DNA of 64,000 nucleotides from Macrostomum hystrix. Its lineage: Eukaryota > Animalia > Platyhelminthes. A model generated the notes under the pieces. That model searched no databases. It was not told the origin of the DNA and worked only from the letters and a program-made list of their open reading frames with translations. Location of the stretch: positions 682,001 to 746,000 of the forward strand of contig CATNEN010000011.1 of NCBI GenBank assembly GCA_950097015.1, written 5' to 3'. A program made the position numbers and the translations under genes. The stretch's first letter is position 1. The number at the start of each line of letters is the position of its first letter. Positions 33,101-45,800 of the stretch are shown here, one piece after another.

Positions 33101-36100
33101 CCATATCTAACAGTTAGACACCATATCTAACAGTTAGACGCCATATCTAACAGTTAGACGCCATATCTAACAGTTAGACGCCATATCTAACAGTTAGACA
33201 CCATATCTAACAGTTAGACGCCATATCTAACAGTTAGACACCATATCTAACAGTTAGACGCCATATCAATTCACAGCAATTCATTATTCTTGTTTGTTCG
33301 CACAGCGAATGTCCTGCAAACTGAGTGACCAGTGCCAGAAGGTGAAGTACGCCAACTTGCCGCTGCCGCTGTACTGCTGCCTGAATGTCAAGAAGGATGT
33401 GTCGGCCAGGATCTTTCAGGAGTGGCTGGAGTTTACACCGTTCGAAATCGGCCTGCCAAAGTACGGCTGTTTCCAGAGGACCAGCCATTTTGGCTGCAAA
33501 TTCTTCATTGGCCGACTCTGTAGAGAATACGAGGAACCGCCGTTGCACTTTCTCATGGGTGAGATGAGACGGGTTAGAACACTAATCCTCTGATAATCCT
33601 CCGATCCTCCACCATATGTTTGCCATTAATCCTCTGTGTTGGTTGTTAATCCTCTGATCCTCCACTGTGTTTGTTGGCCACTAATCCACTGATCCACTAC
33701 TGTGTTTGTTGGCCATTAATCCCTAATCCACTACTGTGTTTGTTGGTTGTTAATCCACTGATCCACTACTGTGTTTGTTGATTGTTAATCCCTGATCCAC
33801 TACTGTGTATTGGCCGTTAATCCTCGGTCGTTTATTAGCCGTGCAAAGCTTGTTTCTAAAATTCCTCTGAGTAGAAAAGAAATCCAAAGTAAGACGAGAA
33901 ATTTATTCTTCACAACTTTTCTAGGCATCTGGGGTAGCGCCTTCACCATACTGGTCAAGGACCTGCTGCGTCGCGAGATCGACTTGGAAAAACTTTCTAA
34001 CGGCAACTACGAAGTTGACCGCTTTCGCGGCGAAGGGCAGCCAGCCCAGGATGAGGCTGCTAGCCGCCGGGGTAGCGGTGAGGAGGGAAGAATGACTGCG
34101 GATGAAGAGAGCGGATGAAGAGGGCGGATGAAGAGGGTGGATCAAGAGGCTGGACCAAAAGAGCGGATAAAAAGGGCGAATGAAGAGGGCGGATGAAGAG
34201 GGCGGATGAAGAGGGCGGATGAAGAGGGCGGATGAAGAGGGCGGATAAGAAGGGCGGGTAGTTAAGGGTATCTGAAGGTACAAATTACGAGTGCCTGCAT
34301 TGAAGGCAAATACAACCGCTGCAGACATCTCCGTGTCATCGCACAACTCGGAGACGACCCACGCCCGACGCCGGCCGGGAGTGTCTGGCGCGGGTGGACC
34401 GACGGCGGATTCGCTGCACCCTCGGCCGGCCAGCAAGATCGACAAGCTGCTGCTGAATCTGGACGCCGAGTGTCGCAATCTGAGAAGCTCTTACAACTTC
34501 GGTGCCAGCGGCGTCGGCTCGCTCAGCGCCCCGGTTAAGCTGCCTTCGAATGGCGAGAACATCTTCCAGTTCGTGAAGGGCGACCCGCCCTCAGAGGAAT
34601 ACGGAACCATCGGTGAGGAAGCCGGTCATGTGGACGTTCCTTATTGTCGAGATTCATTACATTTTGCCGCGGGTTCTTTATTCAAATCTCGGATCTGACC
34701 AAGAAAATCAACTTAGACTGCGATCTGATCTCTTCCTGTCAGTTTAGGTCGGATCCTCTTATCTTCCTGCCAGTTTAGGTCGGATCCTCTTATCTTCCTG
34801 TCAGTTTAGGTCAGATCCTCTTATCTTCCTGTCAGTTTAGGTCAGATCCTCTTATCTTCCTGTCAGTTTAGGTCAGATCCTCTTATCTTCCTGTCAGTTT
34901 AGGTCAGATCCTCTTATCTTCCTGTCAGTTTAGGTCAGATCCTTCTATCTTCGTGTCAGTTTAGGTCAGATCCTCTTATCATCCTGTCAGTTTAGGTCAG
35001 GTCCTCTTATCATCCTGTCAGTTTAGGTCAGATCCTCTTATCTTCCTGTCAGTTTAGGTCAGATCCTGTTATCTTCCTGTCAGTTTAGATCAGATCTTGT
35101 TATCTTCCTGTCAGTTTAGGTCAGATCTTGTTATCTTCCTGTCAGTTTAGATCAGATCTTGTTATCTTCCTGTCAGTTTAGATCAGATCCTGTTATCTTC
35201 CTGTCAGTTTAGGTCAGATCTTGTTATCTTCCTGTCAGTTTAGGTCAGATCCTGTTATCTTCCTGTCAGTTTAGATCAGATCTTGTTATCTTCCTGTCAG
35301 TTTAGGTCAGATCTTGTTATCTTCCTGTCAGTTTAGATCAGATCCTGTTATCTTCCTGTCAGTTTAGATCAGATCTTGTTATCTTCCTGTCAGTTTAGGT
35401 TAGATCCTCTTATCATCCTGTCACTTTAGGTCGAATCCTTTTATCTTCCTGTCTGTTTATGTCAGATCCTCTTATCATCCTGTCAGTTTAGGTCAGATCC
35501 TCTTATCATCCTGTCAGTTTAGGTCAGGTCATTCTAACTTTCTGTCAGTTCAGCTTAGACCCCCCTCTTTTCCTGTCAATATAGGTCAGTTTAATATTCT
35601 CATCCCATAGAACACGTTTAGATCCTGTTCAGTAGTTTTAGCTTCACTATTTCCTCAAACTCAAATGACGCAGCGGACGATGACGCGTCCTCGATTGTGT
35701 CACGCGACTCCGACTCGGACGAAAGCGACATCTGGGAGAAGCTGCACCAGCTCACGGGAGAGGACACCACCCCGCTAGGCTGGTGGGAGCGATGGAGGAA
35801 TCACATATTCTCAGAGTGAGCAGAATTGCAGAATCTCTTTATGCTTATATAGATGGTTTTGGTCAGAAGACTTATGGAAGTTGTTTAATGGAAGTTGTTT
35901 AATCGCATAACTACATGTTCTACAAGTAGCTCGTAATTCTTCTGTTAATTGTCATTTGTCATAAACAAAAATTGACATTTTGTTTATCTATAAAGTTAGC
36001 TGATAGTTAAATAAATATAGCTAATAACAAACTAACTATCAATACGCTTCTGCAGATTGCGCCTGCTGAACACAATGTCAGGCAGGGCAGCCATGGTGCA

Positions 36101-38552
36101 CAATTTCATGCGCAGTCTAACAGTAACCAAAGCCTATCCAATCGCGCCATTCACGCCAACGAGGCCTCGAGAGGCTGGCTTTCGGTTTGAGGAGACACCG
36201 ATTTCTGGTGAGAACGGGTGGTGAATCGATCGGACAAGTTTTTGTTTATCGATCGACTCTAGGAAGTTCATTAAGTGGTTAGAGATAGAAAATTTACTAA
36301 AATAAGGAAATTATTTATTAGATTTTTATCTTCAATTAGACTCTACATAAGTGAAGATTGGGTGGGCAGTTCAGAGATGTGATAGAAATGTCGGGAACTT
36401 TTGGGACACCCCTCGTAGTTAATTAACAAGAAACGATTAGCTCGTAGCAACACAGAAGTGGCAGTAAAGAGTAACTTATTAACTCCAAATTTCAGTGACT
36501 GGCAATGGAGATTTCCTGGAAATGTTTGAAACGGACCAGAACTCATTCTCCAAGTACATGCATGTGGTGGACGCAGGTTTAGCCTTCAACTCGCCCTATC
36601 CGCTGGTGCTACGGCAACAGCGCGGCGTCGATTTGATTTTGTCGTTCGACTTCAGCGGACGAAAGCACGACAATTATCCGCCGTTTAAGGTGAAAAGCTT
36701 TAAGATGGGATTATAACTAGATGGAAAAATTATGGCATTTTATTTAACGCATTTGATTAAGGTCTACAGAAGTATAGATTTCGTGTTTCAAGTCTAGAAG
36801 AGGTAGGTAGATATCTACACCATACGACTCAGGTCGAGAAGATTCGGGTAGATATCTACGACTCACATCTAGAAGAGACGGGTAGATTTCTAAGACTAGA
36901 TATCAGTCCTAGAAGAGACTGGGAGGTATTCACGACTCAGGTCTAGAAGAGGTAGGTAGATATTCACGACTCAGGTCTAGAAGAGGTAGGTAGATATTCA
37001 CGACTCAGGTCTAGAAGAGGTAGGTAGATATTCACGACTCAGGTCTGGAAGAGACAGGTAGATATCTAAGACTCAGGTCTAGAAGGTTTGGGAGTTATCT
37101 GTAGTTCTTGAATCAAGAGGAATCATGTAGACATTCACCACTCGACTCTGACCTGTCCCTGCATTAAAGTTGTTTTCCGAACTCCAGGAGCTCCTACTGG
37201 CGTACAAATGGGCCCTGATCAGGAATGTGCCCTTCCCACACATCACGCTGGACAAATACGAGAAGAAGAACATGCAGGAGGTGTACATTTTCAGGGACAA
37301 GGAGAACCCTAGAGTGCCTATCATTATGCACTTTGTACTTGTCAATCTGACATTTCGAGAGTTCAAGAAGCCAAGTAAGAATTTATGCTCACGACTGTGT
37401 AAAGCAATCATTCGTTCATCCCGCTCAGCATTGTCCGTACAAAACATTTTTTTCACAGACGTTCGACGAACACTCAAAGACGAGTTAGACTTTGCCAACT
37501 TCAACATCTTCGGCGGTGAAAAAAGCCCCTACACAACGTTTAACTTTGTCTATTCTCCGCTGGACTTTGATCGCATAGCCAGCCTCATGGAGTACAACAC
37601 GCTGTTTTGCTTGCCGCGCATCAAAAAGTGCATCGCCGAGTGCATCGAGCGCAGACGGAGCCACGACCTGGGCGTACCTATCGATCACGCGCAAATGAAC
37701 GATTTTCTAAACATGTCGGCTAACCTGGGCGTCAATCGACGCGACGCGAAAGTTCTGGGCAAATACATCAGCCAAAGAGAAACCGAATTCTCATTAAACA
37801 GCTCCGGTGGTGGTGGCGGCGGCGGCGGAGGTCGGGGTGGCCGCTGGGGAGCAGACTACGACTCGGACGAAGACTCCGAAGAAGACTCTGACGACTGCTA
37901 CGACGCAGAGCTTTTCGAGGAGAGCAATCCGTGCGACAATGACAGGCGGAAGAGTGGAAACAATGCCTGCGGCGATTGTAAAGATAATGACAAGGCCGTC
38001 AAAGAAAAGATCAAGATGGTTGCCTTCGACGAGCCAGACGGACACTTGCCGCCGCCCGAACCGCTGCCGCTGCCACCGCCAGCATCGACGCGACCAGCTG
38101 GAGTGATGCACGTCAAACCTCACCCTGTAGCAGCTGTGCCGGTGGCTGCTTCCAGTGCATCATCAACCGCTACAGACGAACATACTCAAAGCCTGCGTCA
38201 GCGCCGTCGTAATCAACGCGGTGGAGGGCGCAATCTAAGAGTGGTCATACCGCAGCGGCCTTTCCTGGCTCCGATAAGACGCGACTGTCCTCGTTGCTCT
38301 GTGGCCTCTTCTTCTTCCTCGTCGCCTTCCTCGACAGCTGATCCGCCAGCCAACGCACCTGTATCGCCGAGTGTAAAATCTCTGAAGCCGGCACTAAAAA
38401 AGTCGATTGTGCCATCATCATCCTCTTCGTCGCTGTCAGAGTTTGACACGGCCGATGAAGGCGACGGCGGACAAGGCAGGGACGAAGTCGATGCTGACAT
38501 TCTGAGGCGCCTGAACGAGGAGCTGCTGCAGGAGCTGCGCAGCTGTGTTTAG
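30136..38552 (+). CDS. PLA2G4: Cytosolic phospholipase A2 (group IV, C2 plus catalytic domain), ~1120 aa. Exons ~30136-30241, 30318-30464, 30823-30941, 31024-31061, 31633-31895, 32614-32846, 33306-33558, 33925-34077, 34325-34612, 35674-35815, 36056-36207, 36496-36689, 37188-37374, 37459-38552
   Basis: All exon phases join in frame across GT-AG introns. Motifs match cPLA2-alpha: DPYQ, PDPYV, PDLRFSL, VPVIAVMGSGGGFRAM (Arg), ALSGSAWY (catalytic Ser), FTDFFG, EWLEFTPFEIG, GIWGSAF, GRAAMVHNFM, HVVDAGLAFN (catalytic Asp), RGVDLILSFDFS. The start codon was not located; it must be in an upstream exon. Confidence 0.92.
30482..30805. repeat. Intronic 24-bp minisatellite, copy 2
   Basis: Intron is 72 bp (3 units) shorter than in unit 1. 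Confidence 0.95.
31215..31605. repeat. Intronic 21-bp minisatellite, copy 2
   Basis: Same family as 20790-21415. Confidence 0.9.
31892..32015. repeat. 31-bp tandem repeat x4 (tctggtcaggccttgggtcattgcgggtgat) spanning a cPLA2 exon/intron donor
   Basis: The first unit includes the last 4 exonic nt and the GT donor. Confidence 0.9.
32100..32550. repeat. Intronic ~20-bp minisatellite (ttggtcatgagttcataat-type)
   Basis: Direct inspection. Confidence 0.85.
32966..33267. repeat. Intronic 20-bp minisatellite (ccatatctaacagttagac[g/a])n
   Basis: Direct inspection. Confidence 0.95.
33590..33820. repeat. Intronic degenerate ~33-35-bp repeat (tgatccactactgtgtttgttgg...taatcc)
   Basis: About 6 degenerate units. 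Confidence 0.75.
34095..34260. repeat. Intronic 13-bp repeat (gaagagggcggat)n
   Basis: Direct inspection. Confidence 0.85.
34725..35560. repeat. Intronic 31-bp minisatellite (tcagtttaggtcagatcctcttatcttcctg)n
   Basis: Direct inspection. Confidence 0.95.
36790..37085. repeat. Intronic ~34-bp minisatellite (acgactcaggtctagaagaggtaggtagatattc)n
   Basis: Direct inspection. Confidence 0.85.
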
Positions 38553-38800
38553 AAGCATTTTTTCGCTCATTTCGATTTGGTTGACGCATGGACGGATTCA
38601 GAATCACGTGTTTAAAACCTTGTGAATTGCGGAAGGAAAGTTTAAAACAGATTCGCCATACAATTCCGTCAAAGCTCATAGAAATTGAGCAGAAATAATG
38701 AACAGGATATTTAAGCTACTCTATGTGGGCGTGTGTTTAGAACAGACAGCAAGACTTTTGTTCTTATGATAGCGTTATGCAAAACTATGTCCTATGGTGG

Positions 38801-39060
38801 AAGGTGAGTGGCAAACGCTTTAACGCATTCGCTCTAACGCTTTTGCCTCTCGCATCAAGGTCCCTGAGCTCGACTCCGCGGCCTGCCTGTGTGTGAGTGT
38901 GTGCCTGTGTACTGTATCTGCCTGCGTGTGTGCTCAGGAGTCAGTGGAACGGGCAGAAATGCTTCCTCGCGGGCAGTGTGTCCACTGTCACAAATGATGT
39001 GCAGGTGCTCTCAGACTTCCTGCAATTATTATTACTATTGTTATTACTATTATTACTATA
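38801..39060 (+). mobile_element. tRNA-derived SINE family 2 copy (internally deleted)
   Basis: Shares caaggtccctgagctcga head and cctgcaattattatt tail with 51328-51693. Confidence 0.75.
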
Positions 39061-39873
39061 TCTTTTGTCTTTTCGTCCAAGCTCATCTTGCTAGAAACTT
39101 TGCAAATTTATAATGTTCCGAAAACTACGATTATCCAATTTAAATTTACTCGAGTTGCTTAAATTTACCGCATAATTAGCAATCAGAATCTGACATGAAA
39201 ATTTTTTCACGATAATAAAAAATACGAGTAGGAACTAAAATAAATATAGCTGTTGCATTCTTATTCATTTCTCATGTTAAACTATTTCATTTTTCTCTTA
39301 AAGGTAAAAAAAATACAAGCAAAATTTCTTCGAAAGCTTCACAACGAAACGTAGTTTTGTTAAAACGAACCGTACAGGACTTAATACGCTTTTCTGTAGG
39401 CATAAATCTGAAGATTTGTAACAAAAAAATTTTTTTTTCTGTTTGAATCTAATAAAAAAAAATTATTTTATCTGCAGTCCCAGCTCCTAGTGATAATAGG
39501 TTCTGTTATTCTAGCTTTTTTAGTTCTTATGATTTTTTTGGAGAAATTATGACTACAGAAAATCATAAATGAGTCAGCAAGTTATGCTCGTGCCTAGCCT
39601 AACTGTGCCATTGTGTGTGTGGCAACACGGGTCCCAGCCTGTGAAGGTTAGAAAGTAGGGCAGCTACAATCTTGTGAGAAATGTACACTGGTTTCGAAGT
39701 CTCGAGTACTGTCTGCGAGCCAAGCACAATGGACCCAGGGGTTCTCACATCTAAGCAACTGGACAGGACTGGACAGTTCACAGCGCTTAAGAGAGGCTAG
39801 GAAATAAAGTTATATAAATGAACCTAAAGCGTGCACAGAGAATGTAGTAGAGTTTCACGCATGTAACTCGAGC

Positions 39874-42800
39874 ATGCCTGAGGACCACACAGCAAATCAG
39901 AGTGAGGAATGCTGCTTTGACTGCTTGCAACAGACTATAGTTCAAGCCAGCGCAGACAATCGATGGGAACTTGTCAGCCATCTGCTAGCTGAAAATGATT
40001 CGACAGAACAATCTGCTATCGATTGCACCTATGTTGCCCTATCAACTGCAGCCAGTCTCGAGCGCTGGGCCCTGGCAGCTAAAGTGCTCAGTTCCAACCC
40101 AAATTTGACTGGCAATCCTGCCCTGCGGGAAGAATGCTGCATTGCGGCAGCAAAGCTGGCGGCCAGCAGTTTCAGTTCGGGCTCGAATGCCAAGTCTGTG
40201 AGCTATCTGGTGAAGCTTATCGATGATCCGTCCGCTCGGGATCAGTGCTGGAGGATGGCAGCCGAGGGCGCTGCCGCAGTCGGATGTTGGCAGCACGCGA
40301 AGAGTTTCATCGCTGCCGTTGAGGACCCCGGAGTTAGGGATTTATGTCGAATTCAGGTGAGTGCCAAGGTGAGGAACGGGATAAAGGGACAATAACTAGA
40401 CATGAGTCAGACATTGTAGAATTCCGACAAGGATCGCAGTTTTCCCTCTTCGTAGGTTCCTACTTTCCAAGCCTACATGTATTGCTGTCGTTTACCATAG
40501 GGGATCGATGGCAGAGTTGCATCTCAAAACAAGGTCCCTGAGCTCGATTCCGCGGCGACGCCCCATTAATTTGGGGTGCAGCCGCGGAGAGAACGCTGGG
40601 GGGCTTGTCGTGCAATTTACTACCTTCAAGGCCAACCTCCAAGGCACGGTAGATGCATACACTGCCTGACGAGGAGAAAGTCAGGGCAGACGTACACAAT
40701 TGTGTGAGCGTGTTCTTGCGAATAGTATCAGTCTGCGTGTGTCAGCGGAATGGGCAGAATTGCCTCCTCGCTGGCTGCGGGTCTAGTGCCACCAAATAAT
40801 GTGCCATTGCCCGCAGCCGTCCTGCAAATATTATTTTTTTCATTATTGCTCTTTTGCATTTTTCCTTTTTGTATCATTGCGCCTTGCTGTCATAAATATT
40901 TTAGGTTGCCATAGCTTCGGGCGGCAGAGTTCCTTTAGTAACTGAGCTCTGCGCCGGCCTATCGGATGCCAGCCTTGCCGATGTCTGTCGAGCACAAGCA
41001 GCTGAGGCTGCGGCCAAACTAAACGACAGCAGCAGCGTCTACAACGTCGTACAACTTCTGCGCAATGTTGCCGACATTAGCCTTAGGCAGCAGAGCGCCA
41101 CGAAAGCTGCAGAAATTCTAGCTTCGAGAGGACAGCCAAAGCCTTTCCATCGCCTGCTACGTGAGATCATTGATTCAGACGAGCGGGAGCGATGCCTTCG
41201 GCTTGCTGCGACTTCCGCAGCAACTAGAGGCTATTGGGAACTTTCATTGGCCACTGTGCAGGCCATTAAACACCAGACGGTCAGGTATGGGGCCTGTCTG
41301 AAGACCGCTGTCGCTGGTGCACACCAAGGTCGGCTGGAACCAACCATACAACTAATCGACATCCTGCATGATGAGCAGATGCGCAACAAATGCCGCGGTG
41401 CAGCGGTGAAGTCAGCCTCTGCCAAAGGTCACTTGGATGTTGTGAGTTATATGGCAGCTGGCATCACCGATATCGAGTACAAGGGCAAGTGCGTGGCCAA
41501 ATCTATGTGCGTTGCTGCGAAGGGTGGCCATCAAAACATAGTGACTCACCTACTGACACTGATATCACCAACAGGTAATAAAACACAGTGGCGAGAAGGC
41601 CTCATCAAGTCGCTTGAAGCCGCTGCAGACTCCGGCCAATATGACGTAGCAATCCGCATCTTGGAAGCTTTTGACGACGACGATGTGAAGAGCCTCGATG
41701 AAAACTGCGCCAGAGCTGCAACAGCTGCAGCTTTAGCTGGTCATTGGCAAGTAGCAGCCGAACTGGGGCGTCGAATAATTGATCAAGCCTGCAGAGACCG
41801 CATCTATGGGACTGCGGCAGAGTCAGCTGCTGCCGCTGGAAGTTCCGCTTCTGTTGCAGATATTTTATCTAGAGTTGCTCAGCTAGACGCCAAGAATAAT
41901 GCTTGCGTTAGATCAATGCTAGCAGCTGCATCGAAAGAACATTGGCAACTTGCTGAAGATCTGCTCGAAAAGTTGACTGAAGACTACACGATTAGTCTCG
42001 ATTGTGCGAAGCAAATGGCCTCCCTAACCATTTCAAGTCCTGGCCATCTAAATCTTCTCCAGGCTTTGTTATGGATATTGCCAGACCCAGAGCACAGACA
42101 CGCTTGCTGCATTGAAGCTGCCGCAGTCATCGGTGCTATCGGAGACTCGAAGGCACTGCCGAATCTCATACAGATCTCGCAACGATTTGCGGATCAACTT
42201 GAGGACTCTGAGAACAGAAAAAATATTCTTTACACTGCCGCGGTGGAGTCTGCCGCCAGAAGCAACCAAGGCCAGTTTGCCGCTCGTACCGCACACCTGA
42301 TCTGGGATCAGTTCAAAATAACACAGTGCTGCATCGGTGCTGCACAGCTGGCTGCGCAGTTTAATCATCAGGAGGCTGTGCTCTGCTTGATTGCTTGTGT
42401 TGCTGATCAGACCGGAAAGGACGAGTGCTACAGGAAGGCAGCTGTGGCAGCAGTGACAAAGGCGAACCGGCAGGATGATGACATGGCCGATCGTCTGGGC
42501 TTTGCTGTCCGTCTGTTGAGCAGGATATGCGACCAGAAGCAGAGAAACGAATGCTGCCTGGCCATAAGTGAATCAGCCGGAAAGGTCGCTTCGCAGGAAA
42601 TTCTTACCCGGCTAGTTAAAATGATCACAGAGACAAACATCAGGGACAAATTTCGAGTTCGTGCGATTGAGTCTGCCACAGCAGCCAGTCGTCATGAATT
42701 GGCGACTAGGCTGCTGCAGACAATTGTGGATAAGCGCACGAGAGCGAAATGCCACGAATGGCTGATCAGACAAGCCATTGATGGCAAGCGATTGCAGCAC

Positions 42801-45800
42801 GTAGTTCCATTATTAGTTACAATGCCGGACAACTCAAAAAGCAAAGAGCAGTATTGTCTTGAGGCTGGCTCTTTGGCAGGTCTCTTAAATCAACAGCAGC
42901 TAGCAACCAGCATCTTATCTTTGATCTCCAGCCAGCGTTGCCAGGTCGAGTACTGCATTCGAGTGGCCGAAGCAGCGGCTAGCTGCGGTCTAGTGACAAT
43001 CGTGAACTACTTCCTTTCACGACGAACCACCGAACTTCTGGAAGCTGCTGGAAAACTACGAATCGATCAGTGCTGCTGTGTCGCACTGAAAAACATAGAC
43101 TTTAGCCAGAATCCAGGCGGCGATGATCTAGAGGCGGTAATCGACTGTCTCTGTTGTCGGGTGATCTCCGAGCAACAATTCAGAGCGCAGTGGCAAGCCG
43201 GAGCAGCGGTAGCTGCAGCTAGCCGAGGCAGCCCAAAGGAGGCTGTTTTAGCGAGGCTGGCGCTACTGACAGACGAAGTCGAACGACAACAGTGGCACAG
43301 AAAAGCGATTGAATGTGCCGCAAAAAACGGCCATCTCGAGTTAGTGGCACAACTAGCGCACACCTCTCTGGAAGCGGAGTTTAGACGGAAGTGTTGCGAA
43401 GGCTTAGAAGAGGCAGCTGGAAGAGCTGGCAGTCCGAGCGTGTTAACTCAACTGCTAGAGGCCTTTGACGCCGACTTGTCAGCAAGGGACCAATTTTGCA
43501 GTGGGACCGTGAGGTCAGCCATCAATCACAGTCGACTTGACATTGTAATTCACCTGTTGCCAAGTATTTCTGACCCAGGTGTGAGAGACCAATCCTGTAT
43601 TCAGGCTGCAAGTCTAGTTGGCAGCCAAGCCGATAATATTGAGTCCGTTGAAGCCCTTTTAATGCAAATTTCCGACACTAAGCTAAAGAACACATTCTGT
43701 GCAAAAGTTGCTGAGCTGCTGGTAGTGAAAGGTGATGAAAAATTAGTCATTCACGTGGTGAATTCCGTGGCGCATGAAACCGAGCGAGACAAATGCCGCC
43801 AGACCATTGCCAATTGTGCACTTTTTCATGGCCACATGGAGCTTGCATGTCTCCTAATTGTCTCCATTGCAGATAAAGCGCTGAGAGAAGAATGCTGCCT
43901 AGAAGCCGCTGATCATTTAGGAAGCAGGGGTCAAATGGAAGCGCTCAGAAAGCTTGCAGCCGAAGTTTCTCTGCCCAACTTGAGAAACAAATATTTCGAC
44001 AAGGCCATAAGATCGGCCGCTTGCAACGGACAACTGGAAGCCCTCGTTCAGCTTGAATCGGCAATTGATGATGAAGCAATCAAAACAAGAGCCCTACATA
44101 AAGCTGCAAGACTTGCAGCAAATAACGGGCACACTGAGATAGTCTTGCAGTTAGAGAAGCATATTAAACAGGATAACCGACTTCATGTTGAGTGCTGTCA
44201 AGAGCTCTGTAAGTTGGCCACAGAGAGCGGAGAATGGAGCAAGGTTGTCCGTTTAGCTGCAGCTATTGCGAACCAGACTCAAAGAGAACAGTGTCTCAAG
44301 GACATTGTCAGAATGACTGCTTCGAAGAACAGTCTAATAAACTTCGCGTCCGACGTACTACCTGAAATAGGGGAGGGCTCATTGAAGCAGCTATGCTGCA
44401 CAGAAGTGGCACTTGCAGCTGTGGCAAATCAACAGCTTTCTATTTTCGAAACAATCGACGCGAGCATTAGCCTTTTACTAAAGGACAATGGAACACTAGC
44501 CTATTTAGCCGATTATGCAATCAAGGGAGAGCAAAGTACCATTGATTCAATGTTGAGCAGATCAAAAGAGACACATTTAGCAGGTCAGCTATTGAGCCGC
44601 AGCATATTGGCTGGCTTCCCAGCTCTAGCCGAGGCCTTGCTGCCAGCTGTAGCCGACATCGACAGAGCCGATGAGGATGGGACCACCGCTGTCATGTTGG
44701 CTGCTGACGAAGGATATCGTAGGCTGATCATTAAACTTCTGGGTAGAGGCGCTTCGAAGATCCTGCGAGATCGCCAGGGTCGAACGGCTCTGACCAGAGC
44801 TTGTCAGGCACGTCAGATGGGAGCCGTCAAAGCGCTGATAGCCGGAAGCGATTGTTCACTAGTCGAAGAAGTCAAGCAAATGGTCGGCCAGCAGAGGAAC
44901 CAAAGTAACGGGTAAGCCCGTTTTGGGAAAGGAATAGAAAAACAGTTCCTTATATTTTTGGTACTCTGGTCCAACCTCTAATGCTTTGCAGGCACCCTGG
45001 CTCCACAATTTCGTTGGATGCTGTAAAGATTGTCGGACTAAGCAGGCAAGTTCACTAACTCCTCATATACTTGTAATAAGAAACCCTACCTAGCTCGCAA
45101 CTGGTGTTCCAATCAAGCCTATTTCCGAACTCTTATCTACAGCGCAGCTTATCGCAAACAGCAGAGTATCAGACTGCACAACAAAATGGTGCAAAGCGGC
45201 TGCACGAGGAGCAGGGCTCTAACTCAGCAGGCAGCGGCTGATCTACTTCAACGTCTGGCAACACGGCTGCTGCAGGTAACCTTCAAGGACGGCCGACGCT
45301 GTGTTATAACTGGCGACTTTGCTGACGGCTGGTGCGCCGGTTACGAAGCGGCAGACATCCACTGGACGGTGATTTCTGATGGTCGAGAATATCATCTGCA
45401 GGACAACTGCAGGTGCAATGGCACTGATGGCTACCTGCCAGTCGTTCATGGCAGTGTTCACGTCGGCCCATTGCTGGGTACGTAAACGACGCATTTTAGG
45501 TTCAAATTTCTGTAGTTTGTAAACTGCTAGCTGTCAGTCTAAAGCACAAGTTGAAATTTATAAAGAAGGCCTCATATTCCCTCATAGGAATTTTAATTAC
45601 CCAATGATCATTTACTCGGAATAAAACGAATTTTAAGTTGACCACACCAGCTCCAATTTGACCAGAAGTGCAGCCGAAAGCACAGCCGTAGTATCTATTG
45701 ACGGCGCATCTGAAGGCTGCGTACAGCCGCTGGGGGACGCAACACCCACCCTCGATTACCCCGGCTAATGCTGGTACCCATTTAAAAGCTGGGTGAACTG

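Noticed and set aside
37170-38552. 460-aa ORF as a stand-alone gene
   Set aside because: It is the last two cPLA2 exons read through an 84-nt in-frame intron.
41247-44915. 1222-aa ORF ending at TAA 44915 as a complete gene separate from 46009-47388
   Set aside because: The frame is open back to an acceptor at 40905, and a GG|gtaagc donor precedes the stop, linking it in frame to the Mab-21 exons.
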